A stretch of 64,000 nt of DNA from Podarcis vaucheri (Eukaryota): the NCBI GenBank assembly GCA_965113315.1, contig OZ220367.1; one strand, 5' to 3'. Both the position numbers and the translations under genes were made by a program. The notes beneath the pieces are model-generated. The model had not been told where the DNA came from. It saw nothing but the letters and a program-made list of their open reading frames with translations, and did not search any database. Numbering within the stretch: position 1 is the first letter of the stretch; every line of letters starts with the position of its first letter. Shown piece after piece: positions 63,176 to 64,000 of this stretch.

Positions 63176-63802
63176 TTCAGCTGGCCTTAATGGTCACCTA
63201 TTATCTTCAATCATCTCTAAACTCCTCCAAGTCCTTTCACACATGTAGAGAACTAGAGTGGTCGTGAGAAAGGAACTGCAATCCAGAAGAGGCTCTTGCT
63301 GGAGGAATGGGCTTTTTACCAATTTCCCCCTTTCTTTTGCAGCCCCTGCACCACCATTTACATTGTAATAGTTTTTGGAAAGTCCAAGAACACTTCCCAA
63401 GAAGCTGAGACAGACCTTAGCTTGGCAGAAGTCATTCTAATTATTCTTCGGCAAGACTTGTTCTTCCATACATAATTTTATCTTTAATACTGCTTTTTAC
63501 CAGTTTACCCAAAACACATAATTAAGTAGCATATAATTTCCTGGATCACCTCTGCTCCTTGAATAGCTTCTTATAAATCTGGGTTACATTAGCTGATTCA
63601 TATCACCAGTTTCATATGGGAGAAGAAGGACCCAGGTTCCAAACTAACCATGGTTTTAAAGGTCAAAAACAAAGCTTTGAATTGTGCACAGAAACTCAGA
63701 GTCTAAGAAGATATTTAATAGGTGTAATGTGATCAGACTTGCATGCCCCAGTCAGCAATCAAGTTGCCATGGTCTAAAAATAGAAACTGAGGGAAGAGCC
63801 TT

Positions 63803-64000
63803 GACTCCCAGTACATTTCTGAGCACAATTCAAAGACCTTTAAAGTCCTAAATGGCCTCGGCTCAGTATACCTGAAGGAGCATCTCCACCCCCATTATCC
63901 AGCCCGGATACTGAGGTCCAGTGCCAAGGGCCTTCTGGCGGTTCCCTCGCTGCAAGAACCAGGCAGAGGGCCTTCTCGGTTGTGGCATCTGCCCTGTGAA
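63803..64000 (+). mobile_element. L2 LINE fragment running off the window
   Basis: Homologous to 54800-55010. Confidence 0.8.

Overview
Eukaryotic genomic DNA from a squamate reptile, probably a lacertid lizard, judged from its Sauria SINE, BovB, CR1, L2, Rex1 and Penelope repeat content. Two genes lie on the minus strand in the order conserved in vertebrates. RSRC1 contributes its last four coding exons (58383-58451, 25555-25661, 23841-23987, 22728-22829). About 19.8 kb downstream is the CpG-island promoter and first coding exon of MLF1 (2890-2936). Almost all other predicted ORFs are transposon fragments or noise. The notable non-gene structures lie in the 32.7-kb RSRC1 intron. (1) A perfect 101-bp inverted repeat between (TA)n tracts that carries a Penelope-type minimal hammerhead ribozyme motif on both strands. 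(2) A 95-bp TSD-bounded insertion dominated by a second hammerhead. (3) A 5'-truncated PCBP2 retrocopy with TSD and poly(A) remnant whose KH3 frame is still open behind an ATG captured from the flank. (4) A three-level DNA-transposon nest (Tigger/pogo > hAT > Tigger MITE). (5) An inverted BovB pair bracketing a candidate conserved enhancer. There are two assembly gaps. No CRISPR array, rRNA or tRNA gene was seen. Gene identities come from my recall of the vertebrate protein sequences; no search was run.
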